Notes: generated by a model not told the origin, from the letters alone. Numbered from the stretch's first letter, positions 1 to 10,873 are shown. The stretch is 17,018 nucleotides of DNA from Bugula neritina (GCA_964035545.1 CAXIUT010000105.1:1-17018); one strand, 5' to 3'. Numbers and translations: made by a program.

Positions 1-95
1 CCCAACCCCTCCAACCCCAACCCCAACCCCAACCCCAACCCCAACCCCAACCCCAACCCCAACCCCAACCCCAACCCCAACCCCAACCCAACCCC
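1..95 (+). repeat. Left telomere, (CCCCAA)n
   Basis: Tandem C4A2 hexamers with a few variants at the window start. This is the correct strand for a left chromosome end and the Tetrahymena-type ciliate telomere unit. Confidence 0.97.
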
Positions 96-391
96 TCCTG
101 AATAAAATGATTCAAATAATGATATTTGATAGATAATATATTAACAACTGTTATTCTATGATAAAAGAATAATAATTTATCTATTTAAACTAAAATCGAT
201 CAATAATTTTAATATTAGTTAGTAATTTTGAATTATTTAGCATTTATGTTTCATTTATAAAAAAAATTAAATATTTATATTTTTAAAATTTTTTTGCTAA
301 ACCAGATATAGAATATGTTATTTTTGACCTGCAAATAATATAAAGGTCTTATTGATTGATATTTATATGTTTTTATGTTTATAATATTAAC

Positions 392-817
392 ATGGAATTG
401 CATCGTAAGTCTCAAAAATTGAATTCATCAAGGTCCAAGCGCAAGGACAAATTTATTACAGACATTGACTCTCCCTCAAACACTTCGAATTCTTCAGTTA
501 TTTTAAATAAAGATAGACATAATAGCACAAATAAAGTTAAAAAATAATCTCACTCTTTAAACAAATTCAAGTCTAAAATAAGAAGAAATCGCAAATTTCA
601 TAAGTTTCTCACATAAACATAATATGAACGTTCCTACTCTCCTTAATCGGATTATTAAAAAAACCCCAAAAGATAGAAAAGCCCCATTTTAGATCATGGT
701 CCATACAAAAAAATAAAAGTCAATTCAGAATAAAATATTGATATTCACAAAATTGTTGAAGAAGGTTTTAACTTTGTCAGTAAAATAAAATCCAGCTTAA
801 AAAATAATAAAAAATGA
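392..817 (+). CDS. Hypothetical basic, Ser/Lys-rich protein, 141 aa (TAA/TAG=Glu)
   Basis: ATG392 to TGA815-817 is open when TAR is read as sense (MELHRKSQKLNSSRSKRK...SSLKNNKK). It follows an AT-rich subtelomeric region. No recognisable domain. Confidence 0.6.
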
Positions 818-848
818 TCTCTACTATATATATATCATAACTTTAACT

Positions 849-1784
849 ATGCTCAAAATAATAACTCAAGTTACCAAGAAAAATATCTTCCCTTTTGCTC
901 ATAAGAGCCAATATTCTAGAGGATTCAGTCTAATTAATTCAATGCAAAGCAAGAATTTATTCTTTTTTTCATAGGGTAAAGGAAAAATGCCAAGAAATAA
1001 AGAAGAAGCATGGCAGATGCAAGAACAATAAAGAATGAGTAAACCTTTATCAGATAATTAAAAATAATAATAAAATTATACAGGCTATACTAAAAAAGCA
1101 GTTGTATTTTTCCTACTTATGATTGGAGCTCTTGGATATATCATCAATATAGCAGATATGAAAAGCAAATAAACATAGAACCAGTTTTAATAATAAATAT
1201 CTGGACTTAAATAGGCAAAATAAAATTCAGAAACTCTAGGAGGTGAATGGACTCTCATCGATACAGAAGGAAAACCCTTTTCAAGTAGTGATCTATCAGG
1301 AAGTTACTATTTACTTCTTTTTGGCTATACTAACTGCCCAATTGTATGTCCAAGTAATCTTTATTACATTTCATCAGTTTATAGAGTTATCAGAAATCTT
1401 CCATAAGGAGCATACCTTAAATTAAAAATAGTTTTCGTATCAATCGATCCCTAAAGAGATAGACCTAAAGCTATAAAATAATATTTAAGCAATTTTGGAA
1501 AGAACATAATCGGAGTAACAGGAATAAACTAAAATGATATCTAACTAAAACAATGCATGAAGAAATTTAGAGTAAAAAGTCGTAAGAATCAGAAATAATC
1601 AAATCCAAAAGATAAATATCTAATAGACTACACTACCCAAGTATTTTTAATGGATTCCTAAAATAAATATATATATCATATTGATCCAGATCACACAGAA
1701 CATCAATCAGCTAAAGCTATAGTTGGTAGAATAGTATCAAATTAACATAAAAAATAAAAATTTGCATAAAGAGCTCAATCATGA
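849..1784 (+). CDS. SCO1/SenC-family mitochondrial cytochrome c oxidase assembly protein, 311 aa
   Basis: Intronless ORF with a basic N-terminal presequence-like segment and one TM helix (AVVFFLLMIGALGYII). It then shows LGGEWTLIDTEGKPF, FGYTNCPIVCP (CxxxC), FVSIDP[TAA]RD, IGVTG and YLIDYTTQVFLMD. Confidence 0.93.
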
Positions 1785-1861
1785 TCACTCAATTCTAAAA
1801 ATATAGATTTTTTACTTATATATTTGATGGAATTAATATTAATTTAACTATTATATAAGTA

Positions 1862-3138
1862 ATGGGAGTCATTTGCCCTCTATCTCCCTAAATAAGAGCT
1901 ATCAATAAAAAAAATGTAAAAAATATCTTATTCAGTACGAACTACTAAAAATAATAAAACAACAACTCAATGGACTAGATACCTATCGTTTTTCAACGAG
2001 CGTAATCGAAGCAATAAATACAATGCAATCAAGATATATGTTTAATTAAGGAATTTTATAAGATATAGAAAAATTACATTCTCATAGTAGAAATTCTACA
2101 TCCAGAAAAACAGATAATTCCAGTTAAATCAATGAAGATTAACTTAAAAATTCATGTCTGATTCTTTAAAATGAAGCAGTACTTCCTCAATAAAAATAAT
2201 AAAACTAATAAAAATAACAAATACTATAAAACATCGACTCTTTTTTGAATAATGTTAAAAAGAATTAATCAATGGTTGAACAGATAAATATCATATACAA
2301 AAAATAAATAAAAGTTTAAGAATATTCACCATCACTTAGACTCTTCCTCAAATGGGCCAATATGTTTCAATAACACATTTATGGAGGATTTCTCAAACCA
2401 ATCTACAAACAGTTCTATCAAAGTCTATCCGCCTTACCCCTTTCTGATTTTTAAACCGTCATTGACTAAGTTTGTGTCTTCGTGCAGTACATGGTTTCAG
2501 TTTTCACTGATATATATGGACTCAAATTACTAACTTAAAGATAGACAGGCAAACTAATCAAAAATTAGAATGTATATAATCTCATAATGAGCTATTTGTT
2601 CAAAAGAACTAAAATTAAAAAATTCATACTTGCCTGTATTACCTTCAGAGATGAAAAGAAGATAAACCAACTTGAATAAAAATTCAAAAAATTATCAAAT
2701 AAACCCACTTTCTTCTTTGGAGTAGGTCTTAAATTTACACTTCAAGACGAGAGTATGACTTAAAGCTAGATATCTAAATTCGAATAAAATAACGTTTACA
2801 CCCAACCATACAACGAGAGTTTAAAATTAATGGACCAACTTTGCAAGAATGGAAGCCCAATAACAAAATTAAAAACAATAGTATCAATATCTAAGCAGAT
2901 TTGTTCAGATATCCATGAATATTACAATAATAAAAAAAGATAGGCACCATAGCTTGACCCAGATAACTTATCGTCAATAGTAATGTATCTTTTAGCAAGA
3001 AATGGTAATAAAAAGATCTACTAATAGCTGAAAATAGTTTAACATTTTACAACTACGAATTGTCTCAACTGTATTTCAGGATACTACTTGAATGTCTTTT
3101 CTGCATCAATAGAAACACTGCTAACCATGTAAACTTGA
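1862..3138 (+). CDS. VPS9-domain protein (Rab5-family GEF-like), about 418 aa; exons 1862-1915 and 1936-3138
   Basis: The C-terminal PYNESLKLMDQL..SPITKLKTI..LDPDNLSSIVMYLL..EHFTT..SGYYLNVFSASI follows the VPS9 pattern. A 20-nt GT-AG intron joins ATG1862 to the long frame. Confidence 0.8.
1916..1935 (+). other. 20-nt spliceosomal intron
   Basis: gtaaaaaatatcttattcag. Removing it places ATG1862 in frame with the 1.2-kb ORF; unspliced, that frame stops at 2159. Confidence 0.75.
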
Positions 3139-3264
3139 TTATCAATACTATTTAATTTAATATTTCTGCTTTGAGTAAGTTGATATTTAAGTTTATTGAT
3201 TTGATATTTGCTTTTAGATAAATTAGATATGATAATTTAGTTTGATTCAATAATAATAATAACA

Positions 3265-3759
3265 ATGAACAACAAAATAGCAATGGTAAATAAAGATCTA
3301 CATACAAAACTATTCGAATAAGTTTAAAATCCATACCCTGACTCATAAAACTAAAGAATTTACAGAAGAAATCCACTTCCTCCTCAACTTATCCTCAAAA
3401 ACATGATCAGAAAAGGTCTCACTACCACCCAACCACTCTTCCATTCTAGACCAAAAACAGCTCTTTCGTCTTTCAAAAGAACAACCTAAAACAAAGGAAC
3501 AGTTACTAGACTAAAATCAATCGATAGAGTCCCCCAAGATAAAAAACTATCTCAAAGAAAACTTGATCCAGTATCAGATAATCATGCTGAATTTTAGATA
3601 TAAAAAAGCCATCCTAAATAAATAGATGAATTCGGTGATATTTTAGATAAAATAAAATGGAAAAGATAGCAGTAAGATTCAAGAAAGAAATTCAAATTGT
3701 AAAAATATACAGATAAAAAGTTTAGATATGCCTGGAAAAAATGTAACATACCCAAATGA
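3265..3759 (+). CDS. Hypothetical protein, 164 aa
   Basis: ATG3265 to TGA3757 is open with TAR=Glu (MNNKIAMVNKDLHTKLF...KFRYAWKKCNIPK). It is more GC-rich than its flanks. No domain recognised. Confidence 0.6.
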
Positions 3760-3890
3760 TAACCACAAAATAATGATTTTAATATTCATATCAACAAAAA
3801 CTATTTACCTCATTTATCAAGATCAAAAAGCATAAACTGAAAGATAATTATGATAATAGATTAAGTATTTATTGATATTTAACGACTAAA

Positions 3891-4412
3891 ATGAAAAGTG
3901 AGACACATATACATAATAAAAACAATAACAAAATTAATAGAACCACTAAAAGCTTTAGCAACAGAGGTACTTTCAATCAAATTCCCGTTCACAGTCACTA
4001 ATATTCAAAAGTTAAACAAAAAGCCTTTGATAGGTATAAAAAGATCTACCCTGTTGACAATAAATAAAACCTCTATCCTCTATCAAAAACACCTTATCTA
4101 GGTTTCTACATCATCAAAGGATACAAACAAGAACTCAACAACCTCAGATAAAGCGAACCCATCAATATTCCAAAAGCAACCCAAAACTCAGATAAAATCA
4201 TAAGTAACATGCTCAAAAGGTATCTCGAACGTAAGGAACAAATTCAAGTTAAATAAAATTAAGTTCTACCAAAAATAAACAACTCAGCGACTATCCCTAA
4301 CTCAATCAATCGCACTTCTGTTTATCTTCCACCCAAAAAACAGCCTTATACTCGGGTACTCACCGACACAGATGAAGTAGAAGGATTAAAGCCCATGTTA
4401 AGAGAATCATGA
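3891..4412 (+). CDS. Hypothetical protein, 173 aa
   Basis: ATG3891 to TGA4410 is open with TAR=Glu (MKSETHIHNKNN...PYTRVLTDTDEVEGLKPMLRES). It ends 36 nt from the convergent centrin stop. Confidence 0.65.
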
Positions 4413-4448
4413 TAATAAATATTTTAATGCAAATATGGATGTGTTCTA

Positions 4449-4966
4449 TCAGAAAGCTTTTTTGGTCATTATGTTGTAGAAATCTTCTCTAGAGATCTCT
4501 CGACCATTGGTAGCTGCACGTTGTAACATTTCTTCAAGTTCTTGAACGTTCATAGTCTATCCCAATTCCTTGGCAACTCGGCGAATGTTTGATGAGTTGA
4601 TAACTCCACTGTGATCATCATCGAATAAGTCGAAGATTTTATTGATGCCATTCTACATAAACCTAAAAATACTCTGGATTCCTTGTCACCCAATTTGGAT
4701 GTTATTCCGTCAAGAAATTCTTCAAAGTCTACCTATCGGCTGAGACTTTCTAGGTCAGCGATCATGTTAAAGATAGTTGGATTTTTGCTTTCGAAGCCAA
4801 GACTTTGCATAGCTGACTTGAGTTCTCTTGGATCGATTTTGCCTGTGGCTTCAGTATCGAAGAGGTTGAAGGCCTCTCTGAGTTCTTCGATTTCGTCTTC
4901 AGTAAGTCCAGGTCGAGAGATTGGTTTCTTAACACCTTTTGCTCCAGGTTTGGGTCTATAAGCCAT
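4449..4966 (-). CDS. Centrin (EF-hand; resembles the Paramecium ICL1e / apicomplexan centrin-2 subfamily), 165 aa; exons 4966-4673 and 4652-4449
   Basis: [42 protein letters not shown]...[20 protein letters not shown] / [28 protein letters not shown][TAG][31 protein letters not shown], ending in TGA. Confidence 0.96.
4653..4672 (-). other. 20-nt spliceosomal intron
   Basis: Minus strand gtatttttaggtttatgtag. Removing it restores the conserved centrin frame (KESR|NGINKIF). Confidence 0.92.
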
Positions 4967-5149
4967 TGAACGAATCTTAATAAAATATAATACCAGAATA
5001 TCACGCCACTAATTAATAGATCCAATAAACAGTTCATAAAAACAAAAAAATGCTCCAAAAATAAACCTTAAAACACAAAAACTTTTTTTTCTCATTTATT
5101 ATGGTCTTGATATGATTTTAAAAATATAGATAATTCAAAATATTTTTAA
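4967..5149. promoter_or_regulatory. Putative bidirectional promoter between centrin and proteasome beta genes
   Basis: 183-nt AT-rich gap between two divergent start codons (4966 minus, 5150 plus). Inferred from position only. Confidence 0.5.
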
Positions 5150-5766
5150 ATGGACTCAATCATTGCTCTTAAAGGAAAAGATTTCGTCATGATAGCTGCC
5201 GATACAGTCAACGCATACTCAGTTCTCCGTATGAAAGTAACTTCCAAACCATTCAGAACTACGATGACAAGATCTGGAACCTCGATGGATAAAAACTATT
5301 AGCCATCGGAGGTGAACATTCTGATGTACTTGTCTTTGGTGACTACATCCAAAAGAATCTCGCCTTCCAACAATATAAAAACGGATATAAACTATCAACA
5401 GAAGACACTGCACAATTCATCAGATCTGAGTACGCAGAAGCCATCAGAAAAGGACCTTATAGCGTCAACTCTGTTCTTGGTGGATTCGAAGAAGGAGAGC
5501 CTCGGCTCTACTGGCTAGATTATTTGGGATCAGTCATTGAAACCAATAAGGCTTGTCATGGATATGCTGAATTTTTAGTCTCAAGTGTTTTGGACACTTT
5601 GGAGACCAAAGATATGAGTGAAGATGAAGGTCTTCGAGTTATGGAGAAGTGTTTGAATTCAATGAAAGAAAGATTTTTGATAAGTCAGACTTCTTTTGTG
5701 ATCAAAGTAGTCCGAAGAGATGGTATTCACGTTATCAGAGAGATAAAAAAACCTCAAGGTGCTTGA
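5150..5766 (+). CDS. PSMB2: 20S proteasome subunit beta-4 (PSMB2/PRE1 type), 198 aa; exons 5150-5236 and 5257-5766
   Basis: MDSIIALKGKDFVMIAADT..YSVLRMK / NYDDKIWNLDG[TAA]KLLAIGGEHSD..FGDYIQKNL..YKNGYKLSTEDTAQFIRSE..IRKGPYSVN..PRLYWLDYLGS..HGYAEF..KERFLISQTSF. There is no propeptide or catalytic Thr1, as expected for beta-4. Confidence 0.95.
5237..5256 (+). other. 20-nt spliceosomal intron
   Basis: gtaacttccaaaccattcag. Removing it restores the frame (LRMK|NYDDKI). Confidence 0.92.
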
Positions 5767-6039
5767 TAGTCAATGAGACATACGTATCATATTCTCTATT
5801 ATCTCTTCTCTTTGATTAACCTCACGAATTTAAATAGATATAAATCAAAGAATTTTTCACTGATTCCATGATAAGTTCTCTTTTTTTTAATTCTTTTTTC
5901 AAATTAAAAGGTCAAAGGACCAAAGAAAAACACTAGTGAGAGAAGTTTAGATAAAACATTGTTATCTATTTTTACGATTAGAAAAATATTATTATGTCAA
6001 TATCGCCAAAACAATAAATTTTCTAAGCAATAAATAAGA

Positions 6040-6462
6040 TCATTTGTGTACTTTGAGTATTTTCAATAAAGAAGACTATTTGTAACTTCTTTCTTCATTT
6101 CCACTCCAAGCCTTTAAACCCTCCAAACAAGCTCCATTTTACCAATTGCTACTCGCATGTCCAAACTGACATCTCATACCATAGAGACAGCAACCATTTG
6201 TCCAAAATCCTTTGCACTTTTTTTTCCTAAAGGCCTGACTAACAGGCAAAATAACTAACTCTTATCTTCGATGAGCAAATCTGCACTTCCTGCCATAATT
6301 ACAAAAACCCAGTTAAGAAAAAGTTTTACAAAACTAAGTTTTGTGTTTTCCAGGGATAGTTTTAGGAGTAGGAGAGTCTTAGTAAGTATCAATTGAACTA
6401 TCAGACGAAGTTGAAGATCCAGATTCACCTTCAAAGAAGATTTAGCATTAATGAAAACTCAT
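6040..6462 (-). CDS. TIS11/tristetraprolin-type tandem CCCH zinc-finger RNA-binding protein, 140 aa
   Basis: KHKT[TAG]FCKTFS[TAA]LGFCNYGRKCRFAHRR[TAA]EL...FRKKKCKGFWTNGCCLYGMRCQFGH. Two C-x8-C-x5-C-x3-H fingers with a KTELC-type lead-in. Confidence 0.93.
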
Positions 6463-7186
6463 CAACCAGAAATATATATTCATTTAGTAATAGAATCAGA
6501 TATCAATCAGTAATTGTGAGTGATAATGTTTCTAAATAAATCGAATTTGATGAATCATTCTCAAAATAATTGATTTACAGCTAGAATTTCCGCTGAGATT
6601 ATTTAAAAATATGAAGAATGTGATTCATTATGAAGAATTTTTCAATATAGCTGATAAAATATTCAATTTCAAACAATATTTGTGAATCAGATTGTTTAGA
6701 TATTGTTTTAACAAATCAAATAAACAAAATTATGGCTATCAAGAATATTCTCTCATTTTTTTTTAGATTTAGATTTTTGGAACTTCTTGAAGCTTTATCG
6801 TCATTTTTTTATACTTAGCTTTGATTTACTAACAAAGAAAGCTCTTTATTTTTGATACAAGTGCTTTTTTAATACTAATATTTCTAATAACAAAGTATTC
6901 TTTAAAGAAATACATCTAACATCACGAATATCATGCTTTGAAAGAGTGAAAATAAAGTATAAACAACAATTCTATCTTTAAATTGAGCTTTTTATCTTCC
7001 ATAAACTAATTAGAAGCAATAAAAGCAAGTTTAGTAAGAATTTAAACAAATTTAAATATTTAAAAAGCTACAAAAATAATACATCTCTAAGTAAATTTAA
7101 TTAAAGAATAACAATAAATCAAATATCATCAAAGAATATATTGATCTATTTATCTGTATTGATAAGTTAATATTGCAGTTATAAGG

Positions 7187-9693
7187 ATGATCAATTAACG
7201 ATATTTATATCAAATTGATATAGGTCATATTGAGAAATAAAGAAGAAAACTTCCCGAAAATAAATAGAGAAAACATAAAGTGAGACAAAGTACTTGTTTA
7301 TTTATAGAGACCTTAAATGCCTTTTTACCTCTTATAATCTTATTCAACTCATGAAGAACCAAGACTTTGAACTCAAATTACTTATAAGGCAAAATACATA
7401 AATGGGAGTCAAACTTCAGTACTACAGGAGATAGAACCAAGAACTGACCCTGAAAAACCATGATTTAAACTTCTGGGTGCAAAATCTATCATAAGTGTTC
7501 GCCAGCATCAGTGCCGCCTGGAAAGTCATTACTGACAATTAATAAGCCCTTTACACACTCATGCGCAAAAAATCAGACACAAACTCCAAGCAACTCGTTG
7601 GTAAATACATCACTCATTTTAAAACCTTTGATTAGATTATCAACAATCTCGGAGATAAAATAACTAACTAAGGACACTCCAACGACGCCACTCTCGATGC
7701 CAAAACACGCATCTCCTCTTTCATCAACAACTATAACCTCTTCTTCCTCTAATTTGCTTAAACTTTCTTCAAATTCAATGATTAAACCACTTCCTTCGCT
7801 AATTAAAAACTTAAAGAACCCAATCTACCAGCTCAAATGAGACAAATCGCTAACCAGTCTCTTTAAAAAGGAAGTAAAATCAAAGAGTTTGAATAATATA
7901 TTCATACGTCCAGTCAAAACTTCAAACTCTATTAAAGCTACAATCAACATAAATTACTTGATGGAATTATTACTCAAAAAAATTAATAAATTTAATCGCT
8001 CAAAAACCTTACCTTGAAACAAGCAAGAAATATCACTTTTATGACAGATTATAACTCATAAAATACCAATCTTATTTTAGAGAAAAATACACACTATGAT
8101 TGTTTTTGTGGAGGAGCTCATGCTCAATATTACAACAAAATATGGTAATAAAATACTAAAAAGTAAAACATATCAATGAATAAGAAACAATCTTAGATGG
8201 TAGATGAGTAGCTTTAGGAAGTAAAGCAAAAAGATAAAGAAAATAGATAAAGATAGCTTTAGATTTAGAAAGAATTATTGATGCAAAGAAATGTTCAAGT
8301 TTTAGCTAAATGTTAAAAAATAAAACTCCAAAATAAACTATCAGACTAATATATTCTTCAATCACCTTTATATGTTCATTTAAGAAATCAATTCAAAGAT
8401 TTAATGGATTATACTAATGATCTGACTTTAAGATTGAATAAAAGTTATGACTATTTGAATGAACTGTAAAAAATAAGATTTTAAGAAATAGAGTAGCTGA
8501 AGAAAAAATATTAAAAATCTAATGTTAGTTCTCATAGAAATATTACTTAACAAGTTACAGTTGTTGCTGATCATTCTTCTTTATTAAAATTTAGACAAAA
8601 AATTTAAAGCTATTATTCTGATTTGAAGAATGTTTATCTTTAAATCAATGCTTGTATTAGATCAAGAGAAAACTCTTTACATCAAAATAAAGAAGTTATA
8701 GATTTTGTTAAAGAATAAAATGAAAAAGTCAATAGAAGATTAGGATAGATTCAAGAAAAACAACTAAAAAATATATAAAACTTTTAGTTTAGACATCAAA
8801 AGTTTAATTAATTATAGAAAAAGATTTATTAAATCTTCAAAGGTCTTCCTAACTCTGAAGATTTAGATAAAACAAAGAAAGTTTGGATGTAATTTGTTGA
8901 ATATACTAAAACAAGAGATAAAAAGATCAAAGCTATGGAATAAATGATAAAAAAGAAATAAAAATAAATTATTCAAAAACATAAAATAGAAGAAGTTATG
9001 CATAATTCAATGCTTTAAACTGAAAAAATATATAAATAATATGAAATTAAATTAAATTCTTTTGAACAGTTTATGAAAAATACTGAAAAATAAATTTTTA
9101 ACCTTTCTGAAGAAAATTATAAAATAAAGATGGAACATGAACAATAAAAAAATATACTAGCTCTTAGACTCAAAAATTAATTATAAGTTAAAAGCAAACT
9201 AGAATAAAGAGTCAAAACATGTGATAAAATCTAATAAGAATTTAAAATATCAAAAAACCTTGAGATAACACTTGATAAAAAGTTTAAATAATATCAACTA
9301 GAAGAAAAAGATAAAAATACATCATTAAAACTAGTAATTAAATAAAAATAACGATCTATTCAAGAACAAAATGATATTTTAGCTGAAAAAGATAAAACTA
9401 TGTAAAAAATTCTTGAAGATAAAGAAAGGAAAAACATCTAGATAAACAAGCTACATCTTAAGCTAAATTCTAAAACCTAACTATAGGTGATAAGGATGGA
9501 GTTATAAGAATACAAATCAAAGATAATGTGCAGATGTGGAGCTTAGAGATAGCGATAGATTGTTCTAAAAACTTGCCCTCACGTATTTTGCAAGAGATGT
9601 ATTGACGATACCACAGCAAATCGAAACAGAAAATGTCCCATCTGCGGAATAAGGTTTACCAAAACTGATATCCATGAAATCAATTGGACTTGA
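7187..9693 (+). CDS. BRE1/HUB1-like coiled-coil RING E3 ubiquitin ligase, about 780-830 aa; 5' end uncertain
   Basis: One frame is free of TGA from about 7234 to TGA9691. It is K/E-rich coiled coil with LSDEYILQSPLY..LRNQF and a terminal RING (MCRCG...IVLKTCPHVFCKRCI...NRNRKCPICGIRFTKTDIHEI). The start is either ATG7351 or ATG7187 joined through a putative 20-nt intron at 7290-7309. Confidence 0.82.
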
Positions 9694-9764
9694 ACTCAGG
9701 TGTAACAGTGATTTATCAACTATCAAATCATAATATAATATTCAATAATTTTTATTTGAATTAA

Positions 9765-10763
9765 ATGAAAAGAATCATATCTTTTGTCCTCATTCTAGCT
9801 ATTACACTGACTCTATATGCTGATATTAAGTCAACTCATCATGCAGAATCAGAAAATAAGATTGATAATAACAAAGAAAACAATGTGACATCTGATAAAA
9901 ATAAAGATAATGACAAAAATAAAACTAATAATACAAATTAATCAAAAACAGATAAGAAAAATAAACAAACAAATAAAGAATAAAATAATAACAAAGATCA
10001 AGCCAATAATACATCTTAATAAAAATCAATGTAGAAGATAATAAGCTGTCCAAAAGGTTAAATTTACAATAAAACTCAAAAAGAATGTGTAGCAATAAAT
10101 AGATTTTGTGATACTGGATTTGTTTATATATAAAAACTTAAAAAATGTTAATCTTTCTAAAAATTATGTCTAAAAGATCAATACTATGATAAATAACATA
10201 AAACTTGTTATGCTAAAAGCTATAGCTGCAAAAAAGATTAAACTTATAATTTGAAATAAAGCAAATGTTAAAAAACATCAACTAAATGTCCAAAAGGATA
10301 AACTCTTAATAAAGATATGAAAATTTGTGTTAAAGATATCTCTTGTAAAGCTGATTAAATAGTCAATAAAAAGTATATGATTTGCTAGAAAAAGAAAATC
10401 AATTGCACTTCACAGCAGACCTTTGACTACAAGAAGAAAAAATGTGTTGATCATCATTTTATCACCTCTCCTTATAATCTTAATTTAGTGGTAAATAAAG
10501 ATTTCAAATAATATGTATCAGAATATAAAAAATCAAAAAAAGAAGATAAATCTATGATTGATTGCCCTTTGAGTAAGCCATTTTACCAGAAATCAAGTGC
10601 TTCTTGCATTTCTTGCCCTTAGAAAAAACCATATTTTGATATTGATCAAGATAAATGCATCAAATGCAAATTCAATGAATTTTTCAACCCATACGAACAC
10701 AAATGTGCAAGCTAAAGATAAAAATTTAATGCTCCTAGAACAATAGAAAGAATGCATCTCTGA
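9765..10763 (+). CDS. Secreted Cys-repeat protein, 332 aa
   Basis: Signal-peptide-like MKRIISFVLILAITLTLYA, an N/K/D-rich linker, seven ~20-aa C-x12-C repeats (e.g. SCPKGEIYNKTQKECVAINR), then CPxxKPF/Y..CxxC repeats. Ends at TGA10761. Confidence 0.85.
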
Positions 10764-10873
10764 TTTTGCTCATCTTAAATTCATTAAATGTTTCACTGAT
10801 CAACTAAAACATATTAATTTGAATAAAAATAGTTTTTATTATATTGAGAATAAAATATTAATAAAAAAAATTA

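Noticed and set aside
1-95. Variant telomere units (CCCAA, CCCCT) as a second telomerase template
   Set aside because: They are sporadic and compatible with sequencing error or telomerase slippage.
4683-5518. Overlapping ORF-track entries 4683-4961, 4762-5058, 5219-5413 and 5312-5518
   Set aside because: They are antisense or off-frame shadows of the centrin and proteasome genes.
1452-6336. Standard ciliate code (TAR=Gln) or split UAA=Lys/UAG=Glu code
   Set aside because: TAA falls in DP[E]RD and FS[E], and TAG in ELG[E]T and KT[E]xC. All are Glu consensus positions.
6739-6915. 58-aa minus-strand ORF (MYFFKEYFVIRN...KMREYS, ending TGA TAG)
   Set aside because: It is short and has no recognisable homology. 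It may be real, but such ORFs are expected by chance when TGA is the only stop.
9529-9540. C-x-C instead of C-x2-C at the start of the RING finger
   Set aside because: The remaining C3HC4 ligands are intact, so this is a minor spacing variant with no supportable functional claim.
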